Assembly: GCF_009914755.1 (NCBI RefSeq)
Contig: NC_060933.1
Strand: one strand, 5' to 3'
Source: the human T2T-CHM13v2.0 reference genome, Homo sapiens
DNA: 64,000 nt
Part shown: in pieces, positions 56,981-64,000 of the stretch
How the letters are laid out: each line of letters opens with the position of its first letter
Numbering within the stretch: position 1 is the first letter of the stretch
Translations under genes and position numbers: made by a program
The notes under the pieces: generated by a model
The model's input: the letters and a program-made list of their open reading frames with translations, nothing else
Told to the model about the DNA's origin: nothing
Databases searched by the model: none

Positions 56981-58659
56981 CCTCTATAACATAGGCAGAG
57001 GGGACATGGGAAACCAAATGAAGCAGAGAGGTTGGTAGGGACTGGATCAGGAAGGGCTTTGAATGCCAAACCCAGGAGCTTGGATTTCCCTCTAAAGATG
57101 ATAGGAAGCTACCCTGGCCTTTCGAAGAAGGAGAGTTCTATGAACTGTTTTTGTAATAGCAAGACCACTGTAGTTGCTGTAGAGCAGATGGACTTCAGTG
57201 GGCTTCACTTGGTGCAGGGAGACCAGTGAGGAGGCTATTGACATAAAGAAGGAAAGAAGGGGTCTAATTTGAGACTCAGGAGTTGGCCTTAGTGAGTGAT
57301 TAAATGTGAGGGATGGGGAGAGTGGCCAGCCTAAGATGACCCAGGGTTCTGTCTTGGGACACTTGGTGAAAGATGGTGATGCCTCAGAAGTACAAGTGCC
57401 CATGGGCAGATGGACAGAGTGTGACAGTGTCCTGGAGAGAAGGGAAGGGCAGATCCCAAAGCATTCAGACCTCACTCCTCAATTCCTGCCTTTATCAGAC
57501 TCGTAAACACAGGGATTTATTTTTGCTAGACTCGCAGAGTGGGGTCTCTCTGACCCTTTTGCTCATGGACTGAACGCCTAAGGCAGCATCATGGGACTAG
57601 AAGCATGGTATTGGATTTGGTCAGATCTGGCTCAGTCCCTTTATTCCTATGAATATGATGGCTTCCTTTCTGAGCCTTGATTTATCTTTTTGTAAAATGG
57701 GTATTCTCATCCAGACCATACTTTCCTCCCCATGGAGCTCTTGAAAGAAGGGACACATGCTGGTAATTTTCCTTATCCTTATGATGTCAGATCATGTTTG
57801 TTAGCACAAGGGCAAAAACCAGGAAAACTTCCTGGCACACAGGAAAGCAAAGTCTATTTGGGCGTCATTCTTGAAAAACAGTAGGGAGTGCCAAGGACAA
57901 CGTTGGATCTTCCTGTAGTGGCTGCAGGAGAAAAGTTTTCCATTGAGAGGCTGGAGTGGAGCTCTAGGGATTGGTGGGGTTGTCACCAGCCATACCAGTG
58001 CATTCTAAGGCACAAGTTGTTTGCTTTGGCCCAGAAACAGCTGGCAGTTGGCCAGTGCCCAGCCACCTTGTCCTTTGCCCATGAAGGCTCTAGTAATTAG
58101 CAATATTCACCGAATGAATCACAGTTGCTATCAGCCAGTAATTGTGCTATGGAGTCATGAGTCTAAATGTTAACTAAATCAAACACGCTGTGCAGAGTGG
58201 CCTTAGAGAGGCCTTCACTGAATCACTGACTTGGAAATTGGGTCCTATTTTTGTTCTTTATCTTTACAGCCTGTTTTTCTCCTTTAGATCACTTATCACA
58301 ATAAGTTTTTGCACAGTAATTCCTTTATTGTAAACCTCCCCATTCCCCTCCAACTTCAACCCAATAGCATGGAAGTTTTATGAGTTTAGTAGCTATGTTT
58401 ATTTCATGTGTAGCCCTTGGCATTGAGGGTCCTCATTAAGTAAGAGTTAGATGAATGAATAACCAAGTCTCCAGACCTTCATGTGCCATTCTATTATGAT
58501 CTTATAATTTCTATAATTTGGTGTTGCTTCTTTAAATGTAGAAGAGAAGAAATAGAGACAGCAGAATTTTCAGGTAATTTTCTGATGAGGGACCAGGTAC
58601 CTTTGTGGGTTTCATCTCATTTTATCCTCACAAGGGTGTGGTGAGGCATGTACTACTTT

Positions 58660-59032
58660 TTAAAAAATTTTTTTTCAAGTATTTCATATTTTTTGAGAAG
58701 CTTTCCTTCTGGTACCCATGAGCTTTTAGTTTACAGCATATAAACGTTTTAATGTCTTTATTTCCAAAACACAATACATTGCATTGTCTAAAGCATTCTT
58801 AAACCTTGGCATGTAGGAATAGCTTTATTCTGCTCTCATGCAATGGATGAATTGTGGTTTATATAATTAACAACTAGAGTGTCAAACTCAATGGGTATAA
58901 CTGTGTACTGGGGAAAAATCAACAACAAAGGGATCAAGTCCACTGAGAACTTTTAAGAGATATCAAAAAATATTGTATTGGTACTAGAGTTCTCATCTTG
59001 ACATGGTCACTGGCCAGGTATGTGACTCGCAA
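58660..59032 (-). pseudogene. Putative retroposed non-TE sequence (processed 3' UTR fragment or orphan transduction) inserted in a MIR
   Basis: MIR halves on both sides; 13 bp TSD catgt(a/g)ctacttt; T-rich left end; two minus-strand AATAAA inside. Confidence 0.6.
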
Positions 59033-59199
59033 CATGTGCTACTTTCATTCCCATTTTGCAGATGAAGAAATTGAGTCTCAGGTAGATTAACTCAGCTCTC
59101 TGAAATCTCATAGGTAAAAAGTGGCAGAACTGAAAACATAATGCGCATCTATCTAGCTTCAGGGCCGTGCTTTTTCTCTCATGTGGCAGTGCTTTGAAA

Positions 59200-59685
<486 letters not shown>

Positions 59686-60054
59686 GCTGAAAGGTAATGA
59701 GATACACATGGAGTTCATCAAGTATCTTTCCTCCGGAGCAGCCACAGCAGAGCTTACTGGGAAAAGCTTTGGTGATGGTGCTTCATGGTTCCCTGGGGTA
59801 GATGCACAGGCTGAAGAGGAGGGGCTTTGGGTAAGATGCCCCTTAAAAATTGAGACCTGACTTACCTGGGAATGCTCAGCTGGTTACTGTTTAGCTGGAA
59901 TCCTAGAAATTTTGGGCTGAGAGTGAAAGTGGCATTCCTTACTGAGGCCCAAAGAAGTTAGATGACTTACTCAAGACCACACAATGGTTAAGAGGCAGAG
60001 ATGTGGGCAAACCTGAGAAGCAGAACAAGACAGTTGATGAGAGGCAGGAATAAC

Positions 60055-60270
60055 ACGGACCGATGGGTTCAAATCCACGTTTATCATTCTGGCTGTGTGG
60101 CTTTGGGAAAGTCACTGTGCCTCATTGAGCCTCAGATTTCTCATCTGCAAAATCACCGTGATGATAATAGTACCTGCTCTCCAGGGTTCTGTGACGAGGA
60201 GAGGAAAATGTATTTGCTAAGCGCTTAGCACAGTGCTTGGCCTGGGGTAGGTGCTCAAATCTTTCTGTGG
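60055..60270 (+). mobile_element. MIR
   Basis: gggttcaaatcc...ctgtgtggctttgggaaagtcac...gagcctcagatttctcatctgcaaaat...gcttagcacagtgcttggc. Confidence 0.85.
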
Positions 60271-60715
60271 TTGACAAAAGCAGAATGGAGAATAGAGACA
60301 AAGGCAAAATGGGCACCAGAGGCCAAGTTGGGTGGAGGGTAACATTGCAGAGGATCCTGAGGCCAGTGGAGAAGGGAAACCCATGATCACAAGGTTGGTA
60401 GCTGGAGCTGGTCTGCATGTGGCCAGAGCTGGGGCTCCCCAGGTTGGGCAAGAATAGCTGACATGATAGTGGTGGTACCAATATTTCTGTTAGAGGAACC
60501 AGGAATGGGGGATCAAGCAGGACCTGCATTCTAGCAAGAGGACATCCTTGGATCCCTTTGGGGTCAGTATGCCTGATCAATGGTTACTCTTTTGAATAGA
60601 AGACCCAGTCATCCTTTGCAGATTTGATGGCTCATTCCTGGGAATGCCACCTCTGTAAGAGTAGATGTGGCTTATTGACTTGGAGCCAGGAAATCCACCT
60701 TTGATTAAGGATTGC

Positions 60716-61016
60716 TTTTTTTTTTTTTTTTTTTGGATACAGAGTGTTACTCTGTAGCCCAGCTGGAGTGCAGTGGTGCGATCTTGGCTCACTACAACTT
60801 CTGCTTCTGGATTCAAGTGATTCTCTTGCCTCAGCTTCCTGAGTAGCTGGGATTATAGGCACTGCCACAACACCTGGCTAATTTTTGTATTTTTAGTAGA
60901 GATGGGGTTTTGTCATGTTGGCCAGGCAGGTCTTGAACACCTGACCTCAAGTGACCTGCCTGGCTTTGGCCTCCCAAAGTGCTGGAATTACAGGCGTGCG
61001 CCAGCACACTCTGCCC
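60716..61016 (-). mobile_element. AluS
   Basis: Antisense dimer; TSD ttgatt(a/g)aggatt. Confidence 0.92.
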
Positions 61017-63039
61017 TTGATTGAGGATTAAATGAGATGATGCAGGTGAAGTGTTCAACACTGTAAATGCTCCCAAATGTTTGCTGCTCTTATTCACTAT
61101 TGATAATGAATTCAGCAAGGGGGACACTTTTATCCTGTCTGACTTGGAAACTTGGTTTAACTGATTCTTCCTGGGCAAGTGGACTTAATCCCTCAGACCT
61201 CATTTCCCTCATCTGTAAAACAAGAGGATAATGCTAATCTCATTGAATTGTGAAATAAGATGAGTTATGTGATGAGTTGAGCTCAATGCCTGACATGGCC
61301 TAAGAACACAGGAAACACTAGCTGGTGTAAGGACTGGTATTAAGGTCCAAAATGAACCTGTGAGGATGGCATCCTTGGCTATGCAGAATGGAGAGTGGGC
61401 CACCAAGCCCCACTGAAGGTTAGAGAGACCAGGTGGGGAGAGGAGGAATGAAGTGCTGTCAAAATGGGACAGCACTGGTGGACCTGGGAGTTCACAGCTC
61501 AGTTCCAGTTACCTTTCTATTTCCTGCACTGAAGAAGTAAAAAGTCCCCATATATCAGCTGGAGAGCTTTGCAGTCTAAGGTACACGGGGGAATTTTGCT
61601 TTCTCTTGGAGAAACCTCTTGGCTTCTACCACATACCTGAAAAAAGGGAGCTTATTTGAAACTCAAACACTACAAGCACAGAATTATTGAGACCTGCAAA
61701 TAGAAGGGAATTTAGCTCACTTCATCCACTTCTCCTCCAGATTCTCAGAGAAGGAAACTGAGACCTGTTGAAATGGTTGTTCAAGGCCTTAGAATTTGCC
61801 AGTTTGGCAGACCCGGGCCTGGAGCTCAGGACAGCAGACTCCTGATCCATTGCATCTTCTTCAGTTCCATCTTGGGCATTCTTATTATGGCTTATGATGA
61901 AGGTGATGATGATGTGTGCATGTTGTGGAGGGGGAGTGGAAGCAATGAAAACAGGAATAGTAGTCAGAACGTCTAACAACCAGTGTGGTATGAGCATCCA
62001 TTAATCAGAATCACATCTAACAAATCGGAACAGACGCCACCTGTGTGCGTCCTAACTGAATGTTAGCTGGGGTCTGGTTGGACACTAGATATCCCCTGTG
62101 GACAACTGGACAAACATCAGGAGAGACCAATGGATAGTTTTTCTCTTTGCTCTGAAGTTCTTAGGCATGGAGGGTCCATTTGAGAATTAGTTGAAAAAGT
62201 TGTCTTTGGTGACTTAGATTAAATAACTATCAATGTTTTTCCTCTAGAGAACTGGCACTATGACTTTTGCAGATACTTGGTTTTTAATAAATTCAGGGCA
62301 AATAATTCACTTCTCTCCCCAAGTGTAAAAATATTTTGTTCTTATCACCCCCAGGAATAGAGTGAGAACTGAATTTCAGAAGGCCATCAATACATCCATT
62401 CTGATTCCCCACTGGGAGGGAAATTTTTGAGTCTGATGTTTTAGAGGAAAGCCTTACCCCCTCTCCCTTGAAGTTTGATTCTACATACAACTATCAGGTG
62501 GAAACAAATGAAATTTCTGGCATGTGACCCCTTTTGACCTTCAGAAATGGCAATTTAGTATGGTTCAATCTAATATTATTGACTGAGCACCAACAGGGAC
62601 CCCAGCTACTGTGCTGGAAAACAGAAAGTGATGGATGTGTTGAATCCTCTTGATTCCCGCGGATTGCTGTTTTGATGCAAGGCAGACGGTGTAGTGTCAG
62701 AGAGTGACCTGGATCCAAATTCGGGCTCCTCCATGTACTAGCATGGGTCTTTATGGCCTCTCTTTCTTTTTCAGGGATGTTCAATGTGAGATTAGGCTAC
62801 TCAACTACAAAGTCTTCTAATTCATGAAAGGAACCCTGTAGATTCTCTCCTTCCCTCCCTTTCCCTCATCTGACTAGAATGACACCATCTGTGGTGTTCA
62901 GTTTAAGGTTTATTATAATCTCAAGGTTTTAAGGTTTATTATAACTATGAAAGCCAGTTGCCATTTTGCAGCCAAGTACATGGAGAATTAGAAGCATTTA
63001 AAAAAAAAATCCCAAGAGGTTACCCTTAGACTTAATCTA

Positions 63040-63200
63040 GAAAGAAAAACAAAGGAACACATTAACAAAAGAACTGACAGTGTGAAAATTCTTCAGTCTT
63101 CAATGCCAGTTTATTAAGTTACATCTATTAAATATATTAACACATACAACATTTCATTTACAGAGATTAGAATTCATACACTAGTACCCAAAGACATGGG
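63040..63200 (-). terminator. Probable polyadenylation site of a minus-strand gene
   Basis: Minus-strand AATAAA at 63110-63115; several upstream UGUA elements (plus-strand taca); U/GU-rich downstream element (minus: gttcttttgttaatgtgttcctttgtttttctttc); cleavage predicted near 63090. Confidence 0.7.
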
Positions 63201-64000
63201 ATGCATACCAGTTAAGTACGTATCCAACAACATACAATATGCATTTTACCTTGCGGTTGATGTTTTAACATAAAACATAAAATCAATGAAAGCACATGGG
63301 GTTTGTCACTAAAACCACATAAACACCTACACTTCTTCAATCTGTACACCCCTGAAACAAAAAAAGGGGAACATTACATGCTTTAATGACTTTAAGAATA
63401 AAATCATTTGATGAAGTTCAGCTACTTTATTTACTTGGCACTGTGTGTCTTGTTCCTCCTGAATGTATACACTGTGAGAGTAGGACTTGCCTGTCGCATT
63501 CCTTCTCAGCTCTCCAGTATCCAGGCAAGTGCTGCCACGTGACAGATGCTCAAAACAAAAATGATTTACGAATGAAGTTGAAAGACTGCTGGGCTTATTG
63601 TTAAGATATCTAAATTCTACTTTTAGCATCCAACTAGCTACTGTCTGGCACTGGCCACGAAGGGTGACAGGGTGTGGATGTGATGGCTCCCTCTGAGCCT
63701 GGGTTTCTTCATCTTTGAAATGATATAACTTGGAATAAACTCCGCAGATACTGTCATTTCTAAAATTCCATGACATTTCTCTATTGGCCAAGATCTTAGG
63801 GGTATTTTGTGTTGGACACTCTCTGGACAAATGGGAAATGACAGCTAATTACTGAACCCTTGAGAAGGCCTGCCAGGTTTGTAATGATCAACTAGAACAC
63901 ATGGAAGTCAATGAACAAAAGGCCACATAATCATAGATTTGAAAAAGACCTCAGAGATCCTTTGGCTTAATCTCTCCCCCAACCTCTGTGAAGAATAGCT
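63090..64000 (-). other. Probable distal 3' UTR of an unidentified minus-strand gene extending beyond the window
   Basis: AU/U-rich unique sequence upstream of a complete poly(A) signal; includes faint L2 (~63465-63580) and MIR (~63690-63780) remnants; no coding exon visible. Confidence 0.55.

Noticed and set aside
63327-63830. 167 aa minus-strand ORF in the putative 3' UTR
   Set aside because: Runs through MIR (YHFKDEETQAQR) and L2 remnants; not a plausible terminal coding exon.
63090-64000. Naming the downstream gene
   Set aside because: I cannot recognise the UTR with certainty and no coding sequence is in the window; needs BLAT.

Overview
Human genomic DNA: it carries an essentially unmutated AluYd8-type element, a human-lineage subfamily. 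The window is repeat-dense and apparently intergenic. It holds about 25 Alu/FLAM copies, many L1 fragments (L1PA to L1ME), L2, MIR, MaLR LTRs (THE1/MST/MLT1), DNA-transposon relics (MER44, MER1B, MADE1, MER63, MER5, MER58) and several microsatellites. I find no credible protein-coding exon; the supplied ORFs are Alu, L1 or low-complexity read-throughs. The last ~900 bp look like the 3' UTR and poly(A) site of an unidentified minus-strand gene that continues past the right edge. I see no clear new multi-gene system. The most unusual signals are structural: (1) a ~230 bp locally templated inverted copy inserted into an L2 (10137-10366, donor 11366-11612); (2) a 91 bp near-identical templated direct copy with a scrambled junction (47121-47211, donor 49117-49207); (3) a ~370 bp non-repeat, TSD-flanked retroposed insert splitting a MIR (58660-59032); (4) two related UG/UGCAUG-rich arrays (46.5 and 47.7 kb); and (5) a few motif-dense unique islands that look like enhancers. 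Repeat subfamily calls are made by eye from recalled consensus sequences and need RepeatMasker/Dfam confirmation.
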